A DNA stretch of 64,000 nucleotides from Centroscyllium fabricii (Eukaryota), in NCBI GenBank assembly GCA_051313645.2, contig JBNRSN020000016.1, positions 100,068,001 to 100,132,000 of the forward strand. Reading direction: 5' to 3'. Of this stretch, positions 24,257 through 36,600 are shown piece by piece (positions within the stretch are counted from its first letter, which is position 1; the number at the start of each line of letters is the position of its first letter). The notes beneath the pieces are model-generated. The model was not told where the DNA came from, did no database searches, and saw nothing but the letters and a program-made list of their open reading frames with translations. The position numbers were made by a program, and so were the translations under genes.

Positions 24257-25597
24257 TATTTGGTAGAGAGTTCCATGATTTTGACCCAGCGACAATGAAG
24301 GGATGGCGATGTTTGTTCAAGTCAGGTGTGACTTCGGGGGGAACTTGGAGCCGGTGGTGTTCCCATGCACATGTCCTTGTCCTTTTAGGTGGTGTAGGTT
24401 GCGTGTTTGGGAGATGCTGGCGAAGAAACTTTGGAGAGTTGTTGCACTGCAGATAGTACACAATGCAGCCATGGTACGGTGGTGGAGGGAGGGAGTTAAT
24501 GTTTTGGCTATTGGATGACGTGCAGACTAATTTGTCCTGGATGGTGTTGAGCTTCTTGGGTGTTATTGTGGGTGTATCCATTCAGGCAAGTAGAGAATAT
24601 TCCATCATAATCCTGACTTGTGCCTTGTCGGTAGGTAGTGGAAGACTGGCTTGAAGTTGAGCGCAATTACCCTCCTGCTATTCAATTCTGGCATTCATGT
24701 CTGGGTTAGGGCTGTGATGAAATCAGGAGCTGAGTGGCTCTGGCGAATCCTGAACTTATTGGTGAGTCGTTATCTCTTGATAGCACTACTGATGACTCCT
24801 TCCATTCCTTTACTTACTGACTTTAACCAGAAAACAAAAGTCAGAAAACATAAACCACTAAAACCTAGAAGGTCTACCCATGACACATGCTGGTGAAGGG
24901 GCTAATTCTTTGTAATCAGTTCTGTATTTCTGGACATTGACACTGAAAATTCAGTTGTAGAATCCATATGTAGAATCTTTAATCTTTAATTTTAATGCTT
25001 CAACAATCACAAATTCCAATATTTTAACACCTCTCACTCATAAAATGATGATCTTTCCATTTAAATTGGTGCAATATGCTCTTGTATTTATGCAGCTAGG
25101 AACATGATTTGCTAAAATGGCATTTGTTGTATAGTAGATAATGGAGTAAATGTCGCATCTATATTGCCATACAGAAATGACATTCATATGGAGCAGGTTA
25201 TGATTAGACAGAAAAAAGTTACCGGCTGCGGGGCAATAACAGCGAAATGGGATCAGTATGAAAGAGCTAATGCAAATTATTGAGCCAAATACAACATTTC
25301 AGTAGCAATATTTTTATGGCAGTAAGTTTCTTTACAAACTAACTCGGGTAATATTAAAAAATACAACAGTGTGTAGTATTTGTGGTGGAAGATTTTTGGA
25401 TTAAGCAGAATTGTTAGTTTTTAACACATTTATGTGCTTCCTAATTTCTAAGAACATTTATGTGTGTAAGTTGCTTATCAAAAGTTACAGGTTATTGCAA
25501 TGGTAAGCTTAGGTGTCTTGAGATGCTATAAAAAGCTACAGCCTTTGTTAACCAAGATTACAGAGCTTAAAATTTTCTCTTTGGAAGTCTGACCCCA

Positions 25598-28102
25598 TGA
25601 TGTGCCTTCAATAACTACAAAACTAGAAGTTATAGACTTAAACAGATAGGCTTTTAATCACTATGAATTAGAGCTCACATCTCAGCAGGCAAGCTGCCTC
25701 ACAGGAATGAGTCATACAGAACCTGGGTCCTTTATGTAAGTGGAGCCAGGGGCGGAACCATAGCCAATTCCTGGAATCTCCCAGGTTTAGTCAGGGAATA
25801 GGAAGTGAAACTATACACAGTGGGGGAGGACAATATACAGACAACAGATTTCATTACATTCACCCCTTCTATAGAATTAGTCCATCGGGGGTGGTGTTTC
25901 TTAAAAGTCGGTATAAGTGAGTCTGTCAGGAGGTTTTACAGTTCTCAATGATCGGCGCAAAGCCGGTTGGGGTGGCTCCAGGGGATTGGATTCTGGTTCC
26001 TCCACTGTCCGGGCCTCCGCAGTGTCTTCCAGGTTATCTACAGTGCCCTCCAGGTTAAAGTTGGGTATTGACACCTCCAGGCATCCTGTCTTTTTGTAAT
26101 GTAGGCCTTCGTCGGGTAGTCTCCCATCATTCTCTCTGCTCCCCGAGGGAGCGAGGTCCTTTATGGAAACAGTGTCCTCTCGCACGTCAGAGTACTCAAT
26201 GTAGGCATACTGAGGGTTTGCATGGAGGAGCTGTACCTTTTACACAAGGGGGTCCATTTTATGGCCTCTCACGTGCTTCCGCAATAGTACTGTCCCCGGA
26301 GACGTCAGCCACGCGGGTAGAGATATGCCCGAGGTGGATTTCCTGGGGAAAACAAACATCTTTTCGTGGGGGCTAGCGTTAGTGGCAGTACATAGCAGCG
26401 ACCTTTATGGAGTGAAGCACGTCTGGGAGGACTTCCTGCCAGCGGGAGGTCGGAAGACCTTTTGACTTTAAGGCTAACGTGACAGCCTTCCAGACAGTTG
26501 CATTCTCCCTTTCCACTTGCCCATTACCCCGGGGGTTGTAGCTAGTGGTTCTGCTAGTGGCTATTCCTTTCGAGAGCAAGAACTGGTGCAGCTCGTCACT
26601 CATGAAGGACGTCCCCCTATCGCTTTGCATGTAGTTCGGCATACCAAACATGCAGAATAGATTACCGAGACACTTGATGACCGTGGCACTGGTCATGTCT
26701 GGGCAGGGAATGGCGAAGGGGAAGCGAGAATATTCATCAATGATATTGAGGAAGTATATGTTATGGTCGGCAGAGGGAAGGGGCCCCTTGAAGTCCAGAG
26801 TTAGGCGCTCGAATGGCCGTGTGGCTTTGATAAGGTGTGCACGGTCAGGTCTGTAGAAACGAGGCTTGCATTCCACACAGATGCGGCAGGCTCTGGTCAT
26901 TGCTCTGACCTCCTCGATGGAGTGGGGCAGATTGTGGGACTTTATAAAATGGAATAATCGGGTGACACCTGGGTGACAGGTCGTCGTGGAGTCCCTGTAA
27001 TTTGTCCGTGTGAATGCTGGCACACGTTCCCCACGATAGGGCGTCTGGGGGTTCATTAAGGGCTCCCGGCCTGTACATAATATCATAGTCGAACATGGAT
27101 AGTTCGATCCTCCACCTGATTATTTTGTCGTTCTTGATTTTCCCCCTTTGTTATTGAACATGAAAGCCACCGACCGCTGGTCGGTGAGCAGGGTGAAGCA
27201 TTTACTGGCGAGGTAGTGTCTCCAGTGCCACACTGCCTCCACTATAGCCTGTGCCTCCTTCTCGACAGAAGAGTGCCTGATTTCAGGTCCTTGAAGGGTT
27301 CGGGAGAAGAAGGCCACAGGTCTTCCAGCCTGATTGAGGGTCACGGCGAAGACGAAGTCTGACGCATTGCTTTTGACTTGGAAGGGAATGCTTTCGTCCA
27401 CTGCACGCATTGCAGCCTTTTCAATATCCTGTTTAATACTGGTGAAGGCCGCCCGAGCTTCAGCTGAAGGCTCTGGGATTGTGTGGCAGGGGCAGTTCCT
27501 TTTAAGGGGCCTAATCGGTCAGGGTCTGGCCCAATTACCCCACTTTCCACCACGCAGCCGAGGATACAGAGATGGGTTGTGTTGAAGACACATTTGAGGT
27601 CAATAGTCGAGAAGACTCGGTATTGTGCAATCTGGTTGACCATTTCTGATATGCGGGGTGAAGGGTAGGCGTCCAGCTGGGTATAAATATTAAGTCTGGC
27701 TGTAGCCAATTACCATCCGTTTATTTTCGCTATTTTTAACTGACTACTTGGGCCCGCCACGGGCTGGTACTCCATTCAATAATGCCTTCCCGCAGGAGAC
27801 AGACAGACTTGAAGTGTCTGTCTTCCAGGCTGTACCATCTACTTTTGGTCACTATGGGCCTACAGTTCGGGGCGAGATTTGCGAATAAAGAGGGCAGGCT
27901 GATTTTTAAGGTTGATAGGCCACAGACTGTGAGTGGCGGCTGGGACCCGCCATATGTTAGCGTGACACTTTTGTGGTGGCACTGGAAGTCCAGGCCCAAG
28001 ATTACATTAACACAGAGTTCTGGCATCACGAGGAGTTTAAAACCCTTGTAGTCCGTGCCTTTTACAGTCAGAGTTACCACACAGACAACAGATTTCATTA
28101 CA
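25598..28102 (-). mobile_element. Internally deleted, degenerate Gypsy element (protease-RT-RNase H-integrase fragments) with 3' LTR and a 22-bp stub of the 5' LTR
   Basis: 3' LTR at 25598-25858 (TG...CA) preceded by PPT AGAAGGGGTGAA; the LTR start recurs at 28081-28102; 5-bp TSD CCCCA (25593-25597, 28103-28107); ORF fragments include HPG...CRIC, DFKGP, SDRG, GNGQVER. Confidence 0.9.
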
Positions 28103-28872
28103 CCCCATAAAACAGATTATTCTTCTGATTAGGTATCTGATTTTCTTTATCAGCATAGTAATTTATTATTGCAGTCTTGTTTGCACTGCAAGCATATATA
28201 CATAGTAATTACCAGTATAGTACACACTGAAGACAACATAATTTTTTGTTTATAAAAGTAGATGGTGTTCTCTAGGTTAGAGCTATTGTGGGTAAATAAA
28301 GTCAGTAATTCACTTTCAGTATTGTAAAATAATAATAAAATATTCATAATATAACCATAGTTTTGTGCTGGATCAGGGGCTTGAAAGATAATTGAAGCTC
28401 AAGTCAAACTCCTCAACGTTAGATGCCCTATCCGGGTATAAATCTGTTCACCAGTCATTAAATGACTGAGGATGATTCCTGTATTTATTTCAGGGAATAT
28501 TTTTCCCCTTTCCCTCCCCACTGCTTGTTGATAGTAAGGTAGAGTTTATCCTTAGAAAATGTATTTTTAATTCTTTATTTGTGTTGAGTATAACAATTCA
28601 TCACATCAAAGATCAACACTTGGCAACCCAGTGAGAAACTTTGATTGTGCTCAACCATGTTAATGCTGGAAGAAATACTGTCTTGACAAATGTGTTATTC
28701 AACTTCTTTAGTTGCATGGCGAGCTGAGTCCTTTAGCTGCTAAATAGAATTTTCCAACTTTCTCCCAGTTAGGCTAGTAATACTTGACATCCATTGGCCT
28801 TCGCTTGCAGCTCATTTGAGTAACAAATCCCGTCCTTGATAAATATCCCCAAAACAATCTAATACAGGGTAC

Positions 28873-29160
28873 TTGCTCTTTTTCACTCACGCTGTCTTGC
28901 TCTTACACTCTTGTGCTCTTTTTCACTCTTGCTCTCTCCCTCACGATCTCTTGCTCTCTCACTTATGCTTGTTCTTGTGCTCTCTCCCCATCACGATCTC
29001 TTGCTGTCTTTCTCTCATGCTCTCTCTCCTTCACTTCCACCTCCTATTCCACCTTCACTTCGATATTTTTCTCACCGTCACCTTTCTCTCTTGGTCTCCT
29101 TCACTTCACTTTCTCCCTCTTTACCTTTTGCACTGTTTTGTTCTTTTCCTTCTTATCTAG
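28873..29160. repeat. CT-rich low-complexity tract
   Basis: Degenerate (CT)n/CTCTTG repeats; source of spurious ORFs in three frames. Confidence 0.8.
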
Positions 29161-29267
29161 TTGATGGCAGCTCATGAAGCACTTGACCAGCAAACACTTC
29201 AGGCAAGAGGGTAAAGGCAGGTAAATAGGCCAAGTTGGCAAGCTGGGAACCGCTCAGACTGAGCAAG

Positions 29268-29390
29268 TTAGATTAGATTAGATTAGATTAAATTTTTATT
29301 GTCATTGCAGAGTGAGCAAACACAATACAACGAAATATATTCTTGCAAACTCCCAAGAAACGATACAGATTTTAAAATGTCCGCTGCTTC
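29268..29390 (-). mobile_element. Very short Rex1-like 3' end with (TCTAA)n tail
   Basis: (TTAGA)n followed by TTTATTGTCATTGCAGAGT...ACAATACAACGA, matching the 3' ends at 1167 and 57959. Confidence 0.6.
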
Positions 29391-30651
29391 AAGTCCCAAG
29401 TGGGTCAGAAACCACTTGGGATGGGTGGAGAGACAAGTGAGCAAGCTGGGAGATTGGGCATCAGTCTGGATGGGCAGAAGGTTTGAGAAGCAGGTGGGCT
29501 GATTGGTAAACACCTGGAGTGGACAGATTGGGAAGTTCTCCGAATGGGTGTGCGACCATGCAGGCCAGCAACTACTCAGCAGGCGGGCCAAGAAATACTC
29601 TTGGTGGGAGACTTTCATAGTTCAGACCATCCAATCTAAGTTATTCTCAGTCGCCCTGCTGATGTGAATAAGCATTTTATTCAAAATTGTTTAGATATTA
29701 TAATGGTTTTTTAATGTTATAAATGCTACTTTTCCACATACATTTTCATCTGTGGAAAAAATCAAGATGGCTCAAACCGACTTCACACAATTTTTGGAAG
29801 TGTTTGGTTGCTTCCTGCTACTTGCTAGTTCAAGATTAGTATTTTTGGATTGGTAGCCTTCAAAAAGAATTCAGTGACAATTAACTGATAGCTTCAGGCT
29901 CATAGTTTATAACCTGATCTGAGCTTTTGATTAGACTACAGCTTTGTAACTCATTTCCAATTCTGAATTATTGATATTCTATACCCATTATGCACAATGC
30001 CATTTTTTTTCTTTGTTCTGCCATGCCATTAGTAATTTATGACTTGATGAATTTGGAGCCTGGAATGTTTCTCCGCAATTGCAAGTTATTTTAGCCAGTT
30101 CCCTTTAGAAGAAAAAACAAAGTTAATGTATAGGCCTCTGTCTCAGTGTGTAGTGCAGCTGTTTGACCTCTAATGAAAGTGATCCATTGCTGCTTGTGAT
30201 GTCGCAACAAGATCAAGTGTCAGTAAATTAAAGACGTGCGTGATTAATATTGACATTTAAATTTATTAATGCAGGTACTTAAAATGTCAAGATTTTGGTT
30301 TGTTTTTGTTCATCTTGGCTTAGTAACATGCCAATAAATAGGCAATTGTGAAATAAAGGCTACTTTTGTACAGGGTATATTTTATGAAATTCATAATATA
30401 TTCAGAGTTTGATAGTCATGCTTGCCTCAGTTAATTTTTGGCTTGCCTAATTGAAAAGAGACTGCCACAACTGTGATTTATTGCACAGGGAGTTATTATA
30501 AAAGACCACATTTAAGTCTGTTTCCTGTTATGCAAGAGCTTTGATACTATTTTTATTTTTACCTGCGAATACTGATAAACTCTGTTTTAAAAATGAGGAA
30601 ATAAACACAAAATGGAAAAATTATGCAACGGAGGTTTAAGTTGTACCTTAA

Positions 30652-31242
30652 GGCCCTGTCACACCTAGACGTTTTAGCCAGCGTATGCAAATTAGGCTAA
30701 AACGCTGAATTTTGAATTTTTTTCAGTTTTGGGCGTATAATAGCGTATTCATAACGTATGCATAACGTATTAGTAACGTACACAGAACGTATCGATAACT
30801 TACAGATAACTTATACCAACGAATGCTTAGCGTGTTGTCGGCGTTCACAACTTATGCCCAACGATAGTCTAACGTATGCATAGCGCGCGGCAGCGTATCG
30901 CTGACGTTTTAGATAAATTTTGATAAATTGGAAAACGCTTGCTTAAATCGTCAAGGTGTGACAGGGCATGACAGGGGCAAGGTAATGTGTGTTCAACGAT
31001 CGCCTAACGTGCCTACAACGTATGGCCAGCGTATGCGGAACCTATAAATTGTAACATTGATGCATCGTGATTTTTTGCGCATGCTCAAAAAATCTCGACT
31101 TACTCGAAGTACAACGACGTATGCAACTTATGCCCAGCGTATGCCCAACGTATGCATAACGTACCCATAACGTATCCGACGTAACCCAGCGTTTTAGCCA
31201 AATTTGCATACGCTGGCTAAAACGTCTAGGTGTGACAGGGCC
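30652..31242. mobile_element. MITE with ~56-bp TIRs flanked by TTAA (Harbinger- or Kolobok-like)
   Basis: TIR GGCCCTGTCACACCTAGACGTTTTAGCCAGCGTATGCAAATT..., one mismatch; TTAA at 30648-30651 and 31243-31246; many internal AACGTAT motifs. Confidence 0.9.
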
Positions 31243-32039
31243 TTAAGTTGGCCGTAGGGAATATGGCGAAGCAACATGATGAAATTGTACTGCTGGGAAA
31301 AATGGCTATATGCTGCAAGTGAGACAGTATGGCTACTGAGGGTGAATAGTTCTATTATTACAGGATTTTGTGTCCTGCACTGTGGGTACGGCTCTGCCAT
31401 TGATGCTCTTATAGTGTCATAAAAGGAGCAACAGTTGACAGAAGATGTAACTTCCTTTTCGGTTATTTTACCTGAGCTTCTTTCGTTTCTATGTGAAGCA
31501 ACAAAATCTCATGTTAATGGCCAAGAAAGCAACAGTCACCACCATAGGAAAAAGCACAAGGTGCAAGAAATAGTTAATGTCAGTTATTTATGCACTATGT
31601 TTTCTAGGGATGATCTGCTGCTGGCAAAAGAGAAAAGCTTGTAAGAGCAAAAACATATTTGTGTGCGTAGGAGGGGATTGTTTGCAGATAAATGTAAGGT
31701 TATGCACACTGGAACAGGAAACATGAAATGCGTACTAAAGAAAGTGTCCATTAGCAAAGGAAAAGGATCTCGATGTGAGTAACAGTTCATTGAAAGTATC
31801 CAGTCAGTATGAAATTACCGAAAAGTCAAATCGGGAACTAAAATACACTTTGATGGCATTTAAGTATAAGTCAAAAATAGATTGCATTCTTTTGTTTAGA
31901 TCATTAATCTAGCCATATTTGGAATATTATTTGCAGTTTTGGGTGGCTTGCCTTCAAAAGGCATATGATCCATTGAAAAGTGCTCAGAAAAGTTAGTGAG
32001 AATGTTTATGGCTCTTTGCGAGCTGATGCCCTATTGATA

Positions 32040-33660
32040 ATACAGGGTACAACAACTTAGAGTGGATAGCAAGCTGACTACAAAACAGAAAACCGAGTTG
32101 GGATTAGAGCTAGCTACTCAGACTGGCGGAAGGTGGTAAGTCATGTTCCACAGGGATTGGTGCTGGGTCCACTGCTGTTAAGCATTTACACAAACGATTT
32201 GGATTCGGGAATTGGAAGTACAATTTCCAAATTTGCGGATGACAGCAAATTGGGGGTGTAGTTAATACTGAGGAAGAGTGTGACAAAATACCAGAAGACG
32301 TTAAACTTGCAGAATATACGTGTAAATGGCAAATTAATTTCAATATAGTTAATTGTGGGGTGGTGCATTTTGGTTGGAGGAATAAGGGAGCCACATATTC
32401 CTTGGAAATTGAGACTAAATGGGGTAGAGGAACAAAGGGATCTAAGCAAACACATTCTCAAATCATTAAAAGTAGCAACACAAGTTAACAGGGCCATTAA
32501 AAATGTAAACAAACCACGGGTTCATTTCTAGAGGACTAGAATTGAAAAGCAGAGAAGTTAGTATAAACTTATACAGGTTGAACTTCGTTGATCCGGCACC
32601 CGAAAAAGCGGCAACTTCGAACGTCCGGCAATAAATTCCCCGACTGCCCTGCGCATGCGCAAAATGGCCAGCCTGGCCGCTGCGAGCTTCCCCGAGCCTG
32701 GTCGATGCTTCGGCGAATGATCTGCGCATGTGCCGCCGAACGGCGAGCACATGCGCAGATCATTCACAATGGCCGAGCCTGGCCGCTGCGAGCCTCCCCG
32801 AGCCTGGCCGCTGCGAGCCTCCCCGAGCCTGGCCGCTGCGAGCCTCCCCGAGCCTGGCCGCTGCGAGCCTCCCCGAGCCTGGCCGCTGCGAGCCTCCCCG
32901 AGCCTGGCCGCTGCGAGCTTCCCCGAGCCTGGCCGCTGCGAGCTTCCCCGAGCCTGGCCGCTGCGAGCCTCCCCGAGCCTGGCCGCTGCGAGCCTCCCCG
33001 AGCCTGGCCTCTGCGAGCCTCCCCGAGCCTGGCCGCTGCGAGCCTCCCCGAGCCTGGCCGCTGCGAGCCTCCCCGAATGATCAGCGCATGCGCAGACCAC
33101 TCAAAATGGCTGCCGACCTTTTGCGGTGGCCATTTTGAATGGTCTGCGCATGCGCTCGCCGAAACTTCAATCGTTCGTGATTTTCACTTGTCCGGTACAG
33201 GCCTGGTCCCGCCCGTGCCGGATTAACGAAGTTCAACCTGTATAAAACCTTGGTTATCCTACACTTGGAGTACTGTGTACAGTTCAGTCTTTATATTACA
33301 AAAAGCATATAAAGGCACTGCAGAAGGTGCAAAAAAGATTTACAAGGAGGATACCAGAATTGAGAGGTTATAACTATCAGCAATGACTGAACAGGCTGGG
33401 GCTCTTTTCTCTAGAAAAGAGATGGCTGAGGGGTGACCTAATAGAAGTCCTTTGAATTCTGAAGGGGTTTGATGGGGAAGATGTTTCTACTTGTGGGGGA
33501 GTTGAAAACTAGGGGCCATAAATATAAGAGAGTCACTAATGAATCCAATAAAGAATTCAGGAGAAACTTCAGGAAAGTGGTGAGAATGTGGAACTTGCTA
33601 CCACATGGAAGCTTAGATAAGCACATTATAGAGAAAAGAATAGAAGGATATGCAGATAGG
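32040..33660 (+). mobile_element. Degenerate CR1 RT fragment, host of MITE copy C and of the intact Gypsy; its 3' end resumes at 38469-38535
   Basis: CR1-like RT remnants (CCACAGGGA...GCTGGGTCC, AAATTTGCGGATGAC, ACTAGGGGCCATAAATATAAG). Confidence 0.8.
32574..33240. mobile_element. NRF1/YY1-rich Tc1/mariner MITE, copy C, with an internal 25-bp tandem array
   Basis: Perfect TIR CAGGTTGAACTTCGTT, TA flanks; about 12 x CGAGCCTGGCCGCTGCGAGCCTCCC at 32774-33075. Confidence 0.9.
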
Positions 33661-33664
33661 GTTT

Positions 33665-36600
33665 TGTGGCGACACGCCCACCGGCAGCCACGAACCCGCG
33701 CTGGGAAGGCTGCAAAGCGGCCCCGCCCGTCGGAGGACGCACGGACTTCCCCGACGTGATGACGTCACCAGGTGGCCAGCCGGCAGTGACGTCCCCAGCC
33801 GCGGGACCTTTAAATATCTGAGAGCCAGGTGGCTCTCTCTCTTTCTCCCTACCTGGCCCTAGCTGTAACAAGTAGTTAATAAAAACTCTGCATTCAACCT
33901 CTCTGTGTCCAGCGTGGTCCTTCAGCCTTGCAGGCCTCAACACTGGTGACCCCGATACCTGAGACGTTTCTCAGGTGAACAATGAAGCAGCCACTGCAGG
34001 ACTGAGGGACAAGCTGCCGCAGCCGAATCGCTACCACCATGCCAGCAGCAACCGACTCAGCACGCCAAGGCAGACGGGGCCAAGTTTACCTCCCGGTCCC
34101 AACCATACCACAATTCTGGGAGCTCCGTCCAGCGGCTTGGTTTCGCAACACCGAGAACACCTTCCGCATTCATGGCGTGCACGCAGACGACCGCTACAGC
34201 CTGCTCTTCGCAGCCCTCGCACAGTCCACCATCGACAGAATGTGGGACACCATCGAGGAAGACACTTCTGCTGGCAGGTACGAATCGCTAAAGGCCGCGC
34301 TGCTCGCAAAATTTACCCCAACCATTTTCGAGCGCGATTGCCAGGTCATTAACCTCCCCGACCTGGGAGATGCAGACCCCACCGACTTGTGGGCCCAGTT
34401 CGAGGCGCTTAATCGCGACTCAGACACCCTTAAGCGCGCCCTCTACCTCCTTAAGCTGCCGCCCTCCATCAGACCGACACTGACGGTCTTGGAGCACCTC
34501 TCAAACAGGCAGCTAGCTCAGGAGGCAGACAAGCTCATTAAGGCCGAGCGCACCCGCGCCACCATGCACCGCCACGCTGCCGCTCAACAAGAGCAGCACC
34601 AACCACAACCCCGGCCCCAACTCAGAGCCGCGCGGACCCACAAAAAGCCACGCACCGCGGCAACCGGCTGGTGCTACTACCATACCAGGTTTGAGGCCAA
34701 AGCGCAGCGCTGCGTTCCGCCCTGCAACTTCAAACCCCAAACCTGCCCCAGCCCCACCATGTGCGTCGGCCGCTCCGGAGCGCTGCTCTTCGTTACAGAC
34801 AGTGTCTCAGGCCTCCGTTTCCTCTGCGACACAGGCGCGCAGCACAGCATCGTGCCAGTCTCCCCCGCAGAATCCAAGCAGGGCACCCAAGGCCCACCAC
34901 TCGAAGCCGCAAACGGCTCCGAGATACTCACGTTCGGTACCCGCCAGCTTACCATTAAACTAGCAGGCCACAGGTATACGTGGGACTTCATCACCGCGCA
35001 GGTTAACACGCCCCTACTCGGAGCCGACTTTCTGTGCGCCCACGGGCTCCTTGTCGATGTTACCCGGCGCCGCCTGGTCGACATCCAAATCATGTCGACC
35101 ATTCCGTGCTCCACAGCCCCAGCACACCAGACCCACGCGGCAGCTCACTGCCGGGCCCGCAACTCCGACACGTACGCCACGCTGCTCGCCGAGTTCCCCA
35201 CCCTAACCAACCCCACCTTCACAGCCCGCTCCGCCAAGCACGGCGTAGAGCACCACATCACCACCACAGGCCCCCCGGTCCACGCCCACGCACGCAGGCT
35301 GGACCCGGCCAAGCTAGAGATCGCTCGAGCCGAGTTTCACATCATGGAACAGCTCGGCATCATCCGCCGCTCCAGCAGCCCCTGGGCCTCCCCCCTCCAC
35401 ATTGCCCCTAAACCCGATGGCGGCTGGCGCCCCTGCGGAGACTACCGCCGCCTCAACAACGCCACCACCCCGGATAGGTACCCAGTCCCCCACATCCAGG
35501 ATTTTTCCGTGAGGCTAGCCGGCTGCACGGTCTTTTCAAAGATCGACCTGGTACGGGGCTACCACCAAGTTCCAGTGCACCCGGCGGATGTCCCTAAGAC
35601 AGCCGTCATCACCCCATTCGGCCTATTTGAATTTCTCCGGATGCCCTTCGGACTCAAAAACGCGGCCCAGGCTTTCCAGCGCCTCATGGACTCAGTCCTC
35701 CGGGACCTCCAGTTCACATTCGTCTATCTCGACGACATCCTGGTGGCCAGCGCCTCCCCCCGGGAACACCTCATCCACCTCAGAACCCTTTTTAAACGCC
35801 TGGCCGACCACGGCCTCATATTAAGCCCCTCCAAGTGCCGATTCGGCCTCGAGGCTATTGACTTCCTCGGCCACCACATCTCCCACACCGGGGCCATACC
35901 CCTGCCCTCCAAGGTGCAGGCGGTCCAGGAATTCCCCCGCCCGCACTCCATCAAGGGGCTGCAGGAATTCCTTGGAATGGTTAATTTTTACAACCGTTTC
36001 ATCCCCGGCGCAGCCGCCCTCATGGCCCCCCTCTACCAGGCCACCCACGGGCAATCCAACAAGACCGCGGTCGAGTGGACGGCCGAAGCCGCCACCGCTT
36101 TCACCGCAACCAAAACGGCCCTTGCCAAAGCCACCCTCCTCAGCCACCCCAGGCCCAACGCCAGAGTAGCCCTCACCACCGACGCCTCCGACCACGCTGT
36201 CGGAGCAGTCTTCGAGCAGTGGTCGGGCGACTCATGGCAACCACTGGCCTTTTTCAGCCGCCGCCTCCGGCCCCCAGAGGTCAAGTACAGCGCCTTCGAT
36301 AGGGAGCTACTCGCTCTCTACCTCGCAGTGCGCCACTTCCGCTTCCTTTTAGAGGGCCGCCACTTTACAGCATTTGTGGACCACAAACCATTAGTCTCCG
36401 CAATGGCTAAGCTCTCCGAACCCTGGTCGGCCAGGCAGCAGCGCCAGCTCGCGGCCGTGTCCGAGTTCACGACCGACATCCAGCACATTGCCGGCCGCGA
36501 CAACGTGGTCGCCGACTGCCTCTCACGACCCGCCATTCACAAGCCCAACCCCGACCACCCCGCGGGCCCCGCCATCAGCAGCGCAGGCACAACCGGCACC

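Larger units (their letters stand above)
21500..24810 (-). mobile_element. Cluster of old non-LTR retrotransposon fragments (family also at 39972-40470), hosting younger insertions
   Basis: Shared motifs GGATGTGGGCATC...ATTTATTGCC and CCAGGATTTTGACCCAGCGAC; degenerate RT C-terminal translation (KKLNTIQDK). Confidence 0.6.

Noticed and set aside
28873-29177. Hydrophobic ORFs in three frames
   Set aside because: CT-rich low-complexity sequence.
32466-33226. Repetitive ORFs (PEPGRCEPPRAW...)
   Set aside because: Translations of the 25-bp satellite inside a MITE.
33749-33760. CCCCGACGTGAT in the LTR as a second half of a bipartite tRNA-Trp PBS
   Set aside because: It overlaps a CRE-like TGACGTCA motif, and the related LTR at 2478-2722 does not keep the match. 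Probably coincidence.
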